Below are positions 10,717 through 22,270 of a DNA stretch of 51,339 nucleotides, one piece after another. A program made the translations under genes and the position numbers. The notes under the pieces were generated by a model. It was given only the letters and a program-made list of their open reading frames with translations. It was not told the DNA's origin and ran no database searches. Source of the DNA: Asterionella formosa (lineage: Eukaryota); assembly GCA_002256025.1 (NCBI GenBank), contig NKIB01013797.1, forward strand, positions 1 through 51,339. The letters are read 5' to 3'. Every line of letters begins with the position of its first letter. Positions within the stretch are counted from its first letter, which is position 1.

Positions 10717-11046
10717 GCTACCGGTACTACGCCATATTGCATAAGTCGAGAAACGACAATATGATTTATTGACAATTCAAGCGTGACATAAGTTGAATTC
10801 AAATTCTCAAGTTGCGTTGATGACATTTCAGTATATACTTAAAGGTTTTTTCATGCATGTTAGTTGCTTAAAAGTTTTACAGTCGGCTTTTCAGGGAAAA
10901 TGGCTACGTTATACTTCGCAAGGATAGTATCGCCGACTACCGGTACCCTGTTAGTCGAGAAATGACAATATGATTGAATTACAATTGTAATTTGACATAA
11001 GCTGAATTAACATTGTAAAGCAGCCACGATGACATTCCGGTACATA
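10717..11046. repeat. Imperfect ~100-120-bp direct repeat (10717-10836 and 10936-11046)
   Basis: CTACCGGTAC..AGTCGAGAAACGACAATATGATT..TGACATAAGTTGAATT..GATGACATTTCAGTATATA vs CTACCGGTAC..AGTCGAGAAATGACAATATGATT..TGACATAAGCTGAATT..GATGACATTCCGGTACATA. Confidence 0.75.
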
Positions 11047-12381
11047 AATGATCTGTTCTTACATCTTCAGAGGCATTCTTGATTTATCATACGTGTTGGG
11101 TAATGGTTTTACAATTAGAGAAGACCAAAGAGTCAAACACAGATTGAAAGTTTGACGACCACATGATTTTTTCGAATTCCCTCAGCATCAAAAATTGAGT
11201 CCGTCATTGAAGCTAACGTTGCCAAATTATTGACGAACCTATAATACGACCTCAACGGGAAACGGAAATACCAGTACCGTTAAACCTGGTGTCTCATATA
11301 CCTGTACCCCGGTACATGGTACCAGGTACCCCACCCCCTTGCACATCTAGTGCAACACTCCAAATTTTTTTTGTCTACAGAAAAAATAACAGCATATTTT
11401 TGTATTCTAGCCATTTGTCAATGGTATCCATTCCGGGTTTCGGGACAAAACTGACAGTTGGTATCATTTTGTGGTAACACCAACCATTTTTTGGACTGTA
11501 TCAAAAAGTCTATAATACAGTACAAAAAATTCCAATAAAGTTTGTATTTGTCATAATACACAGTTAAATGAGAAACAGATATGCGGTACAGGTTTACTCA
11601 TGAGTAAGAGCTACAACTGCTTTGAACCTGCAATTCACTTCATTCAATCAACTAATATTGAAGTACTTGCATGTTCCTGACAATGATCATTGCAAAGGAT
11701 GGTCATGATGCTCATTATGTAGAGATGGCTCATGAGTACTAGTTGATGGATTTTTCGAAGTGGCATTTGAAATAGAAGATAAGAATTGTTTAATGATGTA
11801 TTCTCAAGTATTGAGGTTCAGCACAGCAATTGAAAATATTTTAGTACTAGGAGAAGCTACCATAAAATAAATCGTTTTCTACAGTATGAGAAATTGATTA
11901 TTTCTTACAAATTATTTATAAATCGCAAATGAAATTCAAATAAAGTTCTTGCAATGAGAGTTCCTTTACTGAATGGTGTGATCTGGCCAAACACCTTCTC
12001 ACTCCTTACAAGTGCATGATTCATTTCTTCCTCCTCATGTAATCGAAGAAGTATTAGATGATCCTTGCTTCGCTGTTGTGGACATCAAAGTGAATACTGA
12101 TGATGTTGGTACACATTATGCTGCATACTGTTAGACTTATATGATCGAATATTAGTCAATATCATAAAGCAGTTGGGCAGATGCATCAACACTCATTTGG
12201 CCGATGTCATATACACATCAATGAACACTTTTAGTAGTCAGGTATAAAGGAGATCAGAAGGAATGCTATACTATTGTTGTGAACAGTAGATGCAACATAT
12301 TAGTTGTTTTTACAATATAAAATAGCGATATCATTGAAATAAAAATTAGCAATTTAATATTCATAGTATAGCTACGTCGCT

Positions 12382-13671
12382 CTAAATGATCATTTGATCC
12401 ATGAGGGATTCTCCCACATCATGTTTGTGTTTCCAAGAAGTCACAGCATTGTGTACATGGGTGATAATGTATGGCTGCTGTAAAAATTCCTTGTACTCCA
12501 CATATTTCATCTCTCGGCAAATACTGGCCCTCGAGAATGCTAATTGACCGAAGATTAGCATAAAGATCACAATAACAAATCGTCCAAGCCACTTTGCAAC
12601 TCTTGGCCGCTGAACCAACCAAACCCACATAAGTTGTAAATCGGGAGACATGCAATTCCAAATCCATCTCATAATGAAATGTCGAACCCATCGCCAAACA
12701 ATCCATGCACTTGCCTTCCAGTTCATGATTACGTCTCCTCCAATTGGGCGTGTGTCCCAGTTTGGACAGGTGCCAGCATTCACATCATCTATCAAAATAT
12801 CTATTTCTTTCAGCTCAACCAGCACCTTGCGCATTTCATCAACACATTCTAAATTGGCGGAAACCTGATATGCTTGCTCTTTGGCCTGGTCCACAAAAGA
12901 TAGTGTTGTTGGTACAAGCGGCGAACATGCGTAAGTCGGTGCAAGCATCTCTAGGCTACTCCAGGATGTCGAGAACATGATCTTTTGGAGAAAAAAAAGT
13001 TCAGTTTCGGTATGTGACACAACAAGGGAGTTCATGGGTAGACAGTCCTTTTGTGATGTCAGTTCGGAGTTTAGAGGTGATTCTTTCCACCAACTCATAA
13101 CTTGCTGCATTTCGTTCGCCGTTTGTTCGGCAAAGCTCGCTTGGAAACTTGATTCGGCTACAGCTTCCTCCAAGGATGCTTGTTTCTCCGTTGATGGATG
13201 AGTCAAACATGTACTTGCTGCTAACTGAGCCTCGGTCCCTTGATCGAAACCAGAAATGGAACCATCGGCGTGATCGTCGAAAGATATTGTCAAACTGCTC
13301 ATATCTCGACGTTGCGATGCAATTGCTAATGATTTCATGGCAGAAGGTAACGGAACCTTTGACTGCATACTCCGAAGTGGCGATGCAATTGCTAATGATT
13401 TCATAGCAGAAGATAAAGGAACCTTTGACTGCTGGAGGGCTAGCTGCATGTCTCGTGCCTGTTGTTCGGCAAAGTCAGCGAGCAGAGTACTCCCTTCTAA
13501 AATCTCGTCGTGTTCAGCGGCATGCGCTAGCTCGTCCAATACTTCCCACCAGCATTCAGGAGGTCCACCACGAAAGGTTCGGTCATCCTCAACCGTCGTT
13601 TCCTCGAGACTTGGGGAGGACGCTTCAGCCGCCCACGAGGGCCACGCATCGTCTGACGATGATTCAATCAT
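12382..13671 (-). CDS. Hypothetical protein with internal repeats and a C-terminal TM segment
   Basis: Long ORF, open from 13803, first ATG at 13671. It has a 22-aa tandem duplication QSKVPL(S/P)SAMKSLAIAS (66-bp period, ~13314-13432), three FAEQ/FVDQ-type helical motifs, and the hydrophobic FVIVIFMLIFGQLAF near the C-terminus. Confidence 0.7.
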   Translation of the reverse strand: MIESSSDDAWPSWAAEASSPSLEETTVEDDRTFRGGPPECWWEVLDELAHAAEHDEILEGSTLLADFAEQQARDMQLALQQSKVPLSSAMKSLAIASPLRSMQSKVPLPSAMKSLAIASQRRDMSSLTISFDDHADGSISGFDQGTEAQLAASTCLTHPSTEKQASLEEAVAESSFQASFAEQTANEMQQVMSWWKESPLNSELTSQKDCLPMNSLVVSHTETELFFLQKIMFSTSWSSLEMLAPTYACSPLVPTTLSFVDQAKEQAYQVSANLECVDEMRKVLVELKEIDILIDDVNAGTCPNWDTRPIGGDVIMNWKASAWIVWRWVRHFIMRWIWNCMSPDLQLMWVWLVQRPRVAKWLGRFVIVIFMLIFGQLAFSRASICREMKYVEYKEFLQQPYIITHVHNAVTSWKHKHDVGESLMDQMII

Positions 13672-14414
13672 GTGGAAGTGATGGATCTGCGTTGAGTCTG
13701 GCGCCTTTTTGTTTTCTTTCTTAGGTATTAATCTTTTGATCAAGGCATCACACTTTTCTTTAGCCGTAGCCTTCTCCTTAGAAAGATCCGCTGCAGCCAA
13801 CAACAGCTAATCCATCAATCAAGAGAGTCACTATTAATGCTAGGTACAAAAAGCTACCACTACCGGTATGTGCGAATCGTTTTCTTGAAATGCATATCGC
13901 TGCAATACGTTATCAACTGATAAATTCATCTCAGAATGCTGATCCCACAACGGCCGTGACGTCAACAAATTTGCGCGAACGCAAGCCGAGGATTGCTACA
14001 CAAATAGCTGGGTGTATACATATTAGTACTTAAGTACAGCATAGAATACATACTGCGAAGGGAATAACCAGGGTGTGCCCCCCACGTGTAGACACCCTGC
14101 GATAATGAGTACCGGTATCTACTATCGCTGGTATACCAGTGAACACCATCTAAATTGGAGTGCAAAAGTGAGTTTGGGAATCATACAACAGCAAAAACGA
14201 TTCAAGCGTCAATGGGTTGTTCACATTCTATTACTACATCAGTAAAAGGTTCATAGGGAGGAAATCAATGATTCTGCCTTACTGTGGTACAATAAAACTG
14301 TGCTTCATTCTCAAAAGAAGAAGGGTTCCTTTAGTTGTTGCAAAAACACCAACATCCGTTTTATTATGAAAACTCATAATTTTGTAGTAGAGGGAATCAA
14401 GGTTTAGATCACCA

Positions 14415-15156
14415 TTAACGGTGGCGGCGAGCACGTAAGCCATGGACTCCGCCATCCAAAGCACCAACAGCAGCTCCAGCCTTGGCTCCATCGGATGCAC
14501 TCATTCCAGGTAAAATGGCCCCAACAATGGCACCCTTGGCAGCTCCACCAGCAGCCCCCACGGCGGCACCTCTAGCAACCTCGTGGTGGTGTTGTTGTGG
14601 TGGTGGTGCTTGTTTCGCTGGGGCAGGCACTGGTGCAGGTGCTAGAATAACGTAGCAGCGTGGAACAGGGCGTGACAGTGGATTTCATTAGTTGGGAGGA
14701 TAGCTAGTATGTTGACAAGAAATTCGAAAGTGACAAATATCCAGCTATCGTACAAACAAAGAATAGATTAGACTTACCAGCCTGGGGTGCCGGATTTTTA
14801 GCCGCGGCCATGGCAGCCTTTTGTGACCCTTGAGCAGCTTGAATGTCAGCAGTTAAAGAGGCAATCTGAGCCTTCAATCCTGCATTCTCCGTTTCCAATT
14901 CCTTCACATGATCTAAAGTTGCTTCAGATGAAGCACACGGTGCGCCACCCTCATTATTCTCGGTTTCCATGCTTCGCACGAGCTTTTTGGCTTGTAGACT
15001 CGACAGGCCTAGATCACTACACAAATCCTCAATCGATAAACTGCAAAGTAAATCGCCGTCAACGTTGTTGTCGCGAAAGAGATGGGCCTTTTCTCCTAAT
15101 CCTATGGCGGTCAGAAAGATACAGACTTCGTCCAAATCGAATTCGCTAACTTTCAT
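14415..15156 (-). CDS. SAM domain-coiled coil-Pro-rich-glycine zipper protein, gene 1 (head A / tail X), two exons, ~201 aa
   Basis: Exon 1 15156-14778; phase-1 intron 14777-14642 (GTAAGT...CTAAT...TTCTAG); exon 2 14641-14415. SAM motif DLDEVCIFLTAIGLGEKAHLFRDNNVDGDLLCSLSIEDLCSDLGLSSLQAKKL; tail GAAVGAAGGAAKGAIVGAILPG...GAKAGAAVGALDGG. Confidence 0.88.
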
Positions 15157-16807
15157 TATATTGCGATGTTCTTGATTGCAGTTACTCTGTTCAAAGTACT
15201 GATATACTAGGTTAGGTTTGTGAAATTTGTGTCAAGTATTGTTCCTTGATTGTTCTTTCAGTGTTTGTATGCACACGGTTCCTCGTTGGTACTTTTGCAC
15301 GTAGAGTCTTCCAATTCTACAGCTAAGTGTATCCGAACTTCGCTGTAAACAAACATTCGCAAAATGGTACTGCTACCGGTATATACATAGCAGCTCCCGA
15401 GTCTTAGAGACCATATAGAAGGAAGAAACGTCGTACCTGGTGTCCGTGATTCCTACACATAACCAATCTTTATTCCATACACCCCTGAACGTTATTCGGA
15501 TCAACTATGTGTTCTGTTTTCTCTATTAAATTCCGACGCATGAAAGAAGAAGGAGTGAATAGTTGACAGTTTGGATACCATTGGAATCGTTGAATAAATC
15601 CAATGGAATGTACTTACCCCCAGATATTGAATCGTTTCAAAATGCAACGAGAAGGTTTAGGAGTGACAGGGACACCTATTAGTGTTCTCACAGATTCATT
15701 TATGCGTCTTGCTATTCGGTCACATAGAGCGACATTAACTTGATGACAGGTAGACTACATGCAGTAACTGTAAATGAGTCAACCAGGATGTTGGAGACTA
15801 TGATGTGTATCACCCCCATTAAACAAAATCTAAGATACTAGTACCTGTGTACGTGGTTTACATAGGATGAGTATGTATACCGGCACCTGCAGAATCCCGG
15901 TACATAGGCATACCGGCACTGCTGTTGCATTTTTGTTGAATAGCACCCGGTACTGCACCATGGCTGCTACATACAGGAAGTTGAAGCAGGCCTTCTCATT
16001 GTAGATCAGTTTATCTCTGAACCGCGAGAATAGAAGAGATACTTGATAGAATATTAAGCATCATAAATAATACGAGTCCTCATACATTCATTCACTTTGC
16101 CAACCACAAACAAGCAGCATGGGATACAAGGAGTTTGCCGACTACAGTGTCCACGAAGTGGTCATTTGGGTCAATGCCATTGGCATGGACGACCGTGCCC
16201 AAGCATTTACTGACAACGATGTCGATGGCAGATTGTTGATCGATTTGACAGACGACGATATGAAAACTGATCTGGGATTTTCGGGACTTCAAGTCAAGAA
16301 GTTTCGACAAAAGCTCAACTTTACTCTCAAACTGACAGCCCCTCGCGGAGGGAATGGTGGAGGCGATGGTGACGCGCGTGTCGTCGAATTGGAGAGCGAG
16401 AATGAAGCACTCAAGAAAGAACTCGCTAACCTTGTCGCCATTAAGGCAGCCCTTCATACCCCAGCACCTGGTAGGTTTACGTTGCATTCAGTGTGATCTT
16501 ATGTTTAATTATCCTGATTTCTAAACGATTAACATGGTCCCTTTCCTCCCTGGCTCAGCACCTGCAGCTCCTGCCCCATCCTCACCAGCGTCAGCTCCTG
16601 CCCCAGCGAAACAAGCACCACCACCACAACAACACCACCACGAGGTTGCTAGAGGTGCCGCCGTGGGGGCTGCTGGTGGAGCTGCCAAGGGTGCCATTGT
16701 TGGGGCCATTTTACCTGGAATGAGTGCATCCGATGGAGCCAAGGCCGGAGCTGCTGTTGGTGCTTTGGATGGCGGAGTCCATGGCTTACGTGCTCGCCGC
16801 CACCGTT
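14417..16807. repeat. Inverted repeat pair 1: arms 14417-14627 and 16597-16807 (211 bp, one mismatch seen)
   Basis: The exon-2 coding sequences of genes 1 and 2 are reverse complements. The only difference noticed is a synonymous GCT/GCC, and identity ends within the stop codon (TAA vs TGA). Confidence 0.9.
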
Positions 16808-16809
16808 GA
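16119..16809 (+). CDS. SAM domain-coiled coil-Pro-rich-glycine zipper protein, gene 2 (head B / tail X), two exons, ~200 aa
   Basis: Exon 1 16119-16470; phase-1 intron 16471-16558 (GTAGGT...CTCAG); exon 2 16559-16809. SAM motif YSVHEVVIWVNAIGMDDRAQAFTDNDVDGRLLIDLTDDDMKTDLGFSGLQVKKF; tail identical to gene 1. Confidence 0.88.
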
Positions 16810-17846
16810 TCGTGGCATGGCAAGCTATCTTGGCCAGAAACCAATGTCCTGAAGAATTCTATTTCTATATCGTTCTCGTTGTTGGCTTCACTTTGTATTG
16901 CAATCTCAGAACAAGTCTCTCTGCGAGCAGGTTAACTTTATTAACTCGTCAATCTTATTACCATCAGGTTTTGGAATACATTTGTTCACAAAAGTAACTC
17001 TCTAGCCTTATCAGAACATGTGTTCCTTCCAATATATTATTGAACCACATTTCTAACACTATTGGAACTGAATTAAAAGTTGTACTTAGAGGGACAACAA
17101 AAAGTTCTCAGGGAGTATTTGAGATTGAATAGCTGGTGCTTGCGTCTGCCAACATCAAAAGATTTAACCTAGTATAGGTGGATTGCCATGCGCGGTCATT
17201 GTATCATGCTGAGAATTACCCACGTCATCAGCAAGCATAATAAATTAAGAATCGATGAATGCTGCTTGAACTGATAATTGATCAGATCAACGCAGGGGAA
17301 TCCTTTATAGCTACCAAACATAAGGCTATAAAATTTGACATCCCAAAAAGTAGCTCCATAATAAATATCGACATTTTGCAATGTTGTTTGGAAGGAATTT
17401 TGGCTTTGTCATTAAAGGGAACACCTTCAAGAAACTACTAGACATTAGTACAATATGTCATTCATTGATTGATTGAGAATTGATTGGTGTAATTTCGATG
17501 AGAACCCTCCATTCTTTGCCCAATGGTTTATCAGAAAAGAGTTTTATGTAAGTGATGGATGCCACTACTAACTCTTCCTTGACAACCACTGACAGCAGCT
17601 TCTGCTTCAGTCGTTTGTTGGTATCAGTCCCTACAACCTATAAAGGGATCACAGAGGTTGAAATTGAATTGTTTACAAGGAAAACACTACAGCAACTAAA
17701 GTAGCATGACCGCAACAAAATGAATGATACATGTTTATTCCAGCCAATCATTTGTAGACTGATCGAGATCCGCTTGGTTTACAATTGATATAAATCCACC
17801 CGTTTACCACTTTTAGTCTATCATAAAACATACAATTTAAAAAGGG

Positions 17847-18589
17847 TTAACGTAGACGTCGGATGCCACCACGAACTCCTCCTTTCAAACCCCCGACAGC
17901 AGCTCCTGCCTTGGCTCCATCTCTTGCACTCATTCCAGGCACAATTGCTCCAACAATAGCTCCCTTGGCAGCTCCACCAGCAGCTCCAAATGCGGCTCCT
18001 TTCACCACACCACCCGCAACCCTTTTGTTTTGTGGTGGTGGAGCAGGTGCATGCGCTGGGGCAGGCGCGGACACGGGAGGAGGTGTGGGTGCCGGGGTAG
18101 GTACGTACACTGGGAAAGCGGATGTAATGAATGAGGGACGAAACGTCAGTTTGTTCACGTTGAGAGGCCAATATAAACACCGACATAAAAGTAGATTGTC
18201 ACTTTGAACAATCTAACATAGTTTGACTTACCGGCCTTGGCTGCTGGCGGATTGTGTTCCGCTTGGATTGCTTGAATGTCCGCAGTGACCGCAACAATCT
18301 GCTTCTTCAGCTCTGCATTTTCAGCTTCCAAATTTCTCATTTTCTGAAGAGTGGCTTCGGATGAGCCGGAGTTTGGAGCTCCAGCATTATTCTCCTCGTC
18401 AATACTGCGCAAGAGCTTCTTGGCTTGCAGAGATGTAAGGCCAAGCTCAGCAGTGTAATCTTCAATCGTCAAGGAGCAAAGCAGGTCTCCATCCACATCA
18501 TTTTCTCGAAAGGGACCAGTCTTTTCCCCAAGACCAATGGCGGTGAGAAAGGTACAGACTTCGTCCAAATCAAATTTATTCACCTTCAT
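17847..18589 (-). CDS. SAM domain-coiled coil-Pro-rich-glycine zipper protein, gene 3 (head A / tail Y), two exons, ~206 aa
   Basis: Exon 1 18589-18232; phase-1 intron 18231-18110 (GTAAGT...CTGAC...TTTCCCAG); exon 2 18109-17847. Head MKVNKFDLDEVCTFLTAIGLGEK... is like gene 1; tail is NKRVAGGVVKGAAFGAAGGAAKGAIVGAIVPG...GLKGGVRGGIRRLR. Confidence 0.88.
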
Positions 18590-19320
18590 TGTATGTTTTG
18601 TGGTTCCTTTGTGGAACTGATCAGAACTGCGATCCTTGGTTTATTGCACATGTTTTTTTGACATTATCTTTATATACCGGTACATGTGTGTGGGTTTTCT
18701 CCTGTCATATCACGTTACATAGTGGATGTCCCAATATATAGTAAGTATATTCATAGGTCACACACAAATTTGATGCATGCGCGCGCGCATCGGTCTATTT
18801 CGGTACCAGGTACCGGTACCTGGAATTGCATTGATATGGACTACGGCAGAGGTCGACGAAAGTTTCTACAAAGCAGGATACTGATACTTTTCCAGAGAGA
18901 GTACCGGTATCAGTATACCAGTGTGCTGTCATCCTACCGTTCACCAAGTACTCCCTCTGGAGGTAACGGTACCAGGTACATATTCCAAATGCATACCATA
19001 CTGCTCTAAAATTTTGCCAGTTCTCCTGGTATTTCCTACCAGGGGAATAAAGCACTGGTCTAGCTTGCCAGTATCCTGCCATGTCGGAAGCTTACAGAAT
19101 ATCCGTCATGCCTTTTAAAGCATTCTTTGAGAGCGAAATCCCTGTTCGTGCTTTGTATGTAGGCTAGCAACACCAAAATGGAAAAATGTAGCTCAGTAAA
19201 ATCAAGTCATCGCTTTTGTTCATAGCTACCGTGCATATACCGAATACCGGTATGCTAGCTGCCATGATTGTTGCTTCAATTAATTACTACCAGTACTCCA
19301 CTCCGGTACCAGTAAAAAAT

Positions 19321-20822
19321 GGCTTTGAGCCACTTCGAACGGCTTTCAGTCACTTAACTGTGTATACATAGATTTTTTCTAATTTTCCAGTTAAGACTAT
19401 AAGGCTTGTGCTTTAGATAATCAGATAAATGTGTTGGAAAAGGGCGATCGGCCCGAAAGTGGCAAAAACAATACTATACCATTGAGCTGGCATCACCCGG
19501 AAATACACATACACATTTATGGAAAACATTTAATCACAGTCATTGGCAGGACATAACTCATCAATTTTTACCCCTGACAACAAATCCAAGTTTAAACATC
19601 TAACTCAAGAAATGCAAGAGAGACTTACTCACCCCAAAGGAAATGCGCCATGCTGAATTTGCTGTTGGAAAGGATGATATTGTTGATCTGGAGTCGAAAT
19701 CTTGGGATGAATCCTTAGCCCATGTTGCTTCAAACCAAAAAGCTGTTGCTGAATGAGGTTGGGGTTCATTGAACTAGAAATTGTTGTTCCATCCGGAAAT
19801 TCCACTGAAAACCCCCGAATCTGCAAACAGAAGCAAACAATAATCAACCAGTCTCTTCCATTCCATCATCCGGACTAAACTTGAGCCAAGGCATCGCTGG
19901 AACCCTTGTTGATCAGGTTGTTGTACAGTATCGCAATCATGAGGACCAATAATAAAAACAGCACAAAGGGTGATTGCAAGCAATAAACAATACAAAGCTG
20001 GTCTTCATGTCACTGCAGGCAGGTACTTCAACTTTTGAAGTGGTCGATGAAGAGCTGAAAAGGAAGCGGCATGCGGAAGAAGTGCAGAGTGAGCGAGAGC
20101 ATAAGAAAATAGATGCACACACAGCACTTGCAAAAAGGTTGATGCAATCAGAACTCAAAACAAACAGTCAACAGAGTGGACAATGCTTGTGCAAATGAAA
20201 ACAATGGCAACATGTGACAAGCAAGCAGGCAATCTTCCATTACCAACAACAAAGCATTACAAGCGAGCAGGCAATCTTCCATTACCAACAACAAAGCAAC
20301 TTCTACTTACCAGATACCATGACACTATGATGTGTAGCGACGCTGCAGTACCAGTTGCAACTGCAATGGCGCCACTTCCTCACCCTTCGGTTGCTCCTAT
20401 TACATGACAAGATATAATGGGAGTCTAAAAATGAGCGATGCAACGACTGCAGCGAAAATATGCGAGGAGTCTTTGATGGAACCAACAAGATAAAATTGAA
20501 GTGACACCATCAGTATAAGAAAGATGCAAATTCTGGCTGCGAAAAAAATGCAAACGATATAATATTTTCTAACCGCCGCTTACAAAAAAACTTCATGTAT
20601 GTTAAAATTTTAATCAATGGTTTGCTTTGAGCCAATTCGGCCGTTTTTGTCACTTTTAAAATGGATAGATCTCAGTAAATATGTTTTCAAATTTAAAAAT
20701 GATCTAATTCTCATGTAGCTTGATGAACCAACTAATATCGTGCAAAAGGGCCAAAGGGGGGATCGATTTTATCATAATTCTAGAATTAGTCGGAAAAAGG
20801 TATAATAACGTGGCTCAAAGCC
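19321..20822. mobile_element. ~1.5-kb non-autonomous TIR DNA transposon (PHIS-like termini)
   Basis: Perfect inverted match AAATGGCTTTGAGCCAC (19317-19333) / GTGGCTCAAAGCCATTT (20810-20826), with AT flanking both GGC...GCC ends. Subterminal inverted match AAAGTGGCAAAAAC / GTTTTTGTCACTTT. No intact ORF inside. Confidence 0.75.
20217..20298. repeat. 42-bp tandem duplication inside the TIR element
   Basis: ACAAGC(A/G)AGCAGGCAATCTTCCATTACCAACAACAAAGCA occurs twice. Confidence 0.85.
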
Positions 20823-21141
20823 ATTTATAACGACTGGTTCCACTGTAATTTTGGTATTTTATTCTATTCCGTATTTAAACTTTGTGTATGCACCATGCAG
20901 TTCAACAAATCCTGCAATAGTAATATGTGTATAAGCAACTGTGGTTCTAGAATGTTCTAAAGCAAAAACACAGCATATCCATGTAGAGCACTTCCTCGGT
21001 TCAGCCATGCATGTATAGTTGCAACCAAACATTAGGTCACTGCTACTCATGAAGCAAGTTCAAGCTCTGAAAATTTCTCTACAGCTAACAGCCCCTCCTA
21101 TTAGAAATTATTCCAATCGACTGGTGCATATAATGTAAGTT

Positions 21142-21214
21142 CTAAGCATTCTAAAAGTAGGTAAATCTAACATTTTTCTGGCGCATTTTTCATAGAATTG
21201 TGTCCCAATTGGAA
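21142..21214 (-). repeat. Dispersed ~72-bp repeat, copy 2
   Basis: Reverse complement aligns with 3581-3651. Confidence 0.8.
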
Positions 21215-22270
21215 TATTTGATTGAGGCTGGTGTAACTTTGGCATAGCATACCAAATTTTTTTTCCAAGGAGGTTGGAAGAAATTTCATTATGCCACTGC
21301 AGCAATAGTTACAATATTCCGCAGATGGGAGAGGAATTATTACACAGAAAGGGTTTGCTACCAATTCAAGTTGAGGCGACAGAACAGGCCATAGATTTTA
21401 CAGTGGCATTCATGAAGGTTAATGGTTGAAATGTGGAGGTTGCTGGAGTGCAGGTGGAGGTGCATGTTGAGGTTGAGGTTCATGACGAAATATTCGATTG
21501 ATTGATTATATTCATTTTATAATGAAGGGGTTTTGGCTACCAGTTCCCTCCTAGCAGCTGCATAGGAACAACAATCTACCTTTCCCGCCTATAGTAGCAT
21601 ATAGAGTGTTTTATTCAATTATTTATACAGTTAGTATATTTCCAGCAATCATGCAATTGACGAAGTCAATCGATTTTTGAAAACTGTTGACAACATTTGG
21701 ATTGAATATTATTGAGAATTATAGTTTGAAATCTAATATTTTTATTTCCTGTTCTGTTTTTTTCTTTATCAGTCAATGTACCACGCTTTCTAGCTGGTTT
21801 GTGTTTTTCGATATTGTCAACAACTATCACATCTAGATTGATTGTTCCTTTTTGACAATGACGTCAAGAGAGGAAAAACTTGCCAATCCAATTTCGTTCA
21901 CTCTTGCATCTCACAGAGACCTCCAAGGAATTTTCCAACAACTCCTGCAGAATGTGTTTGCTTGGCTGTTGATGTCGACACAGTACACCCAACATAAGAA
22001 CAAGCCTGGCCATCCTGCAGTCATCGACGGGAATCATTCATGTACCGGTAGTAATGTATTGAAATAAATTATTACATAAACTTTCACCAGTATAGGAATG
22101 CAAATGTTGCATATTCCGGTAGAAAATGTATATCAGCCAGTATAAATATATATGGATTGGTTTCTTCAATTACACGGTATACGGTATTACATTGGTCCGT
22201 GGGCAGCGATACTTTTCCATGAATTTGCTGACAGCATCATTAATCCTGTCCAATAGGAAGAACAAGCCAA

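Noticed and set aside
14704..15156. Single-exon SAM-only ORFs and separate glycine-zipper ORFs as listed in the track (also 16119-16496, 18155-18589, 22271-22642)
   Set aside because: All four have a GT donor at the same phase-1 position and an in-frame AG acceptor joining them to the zipper exon. The read-through tails are intron sequence.
16092..16844. Antisense and alternative-frame ORFs overlapping called genes (here and throughout the window)
   Set aside because: They are shadow ORFs of GC-richer coding sequence with no independent motifs.
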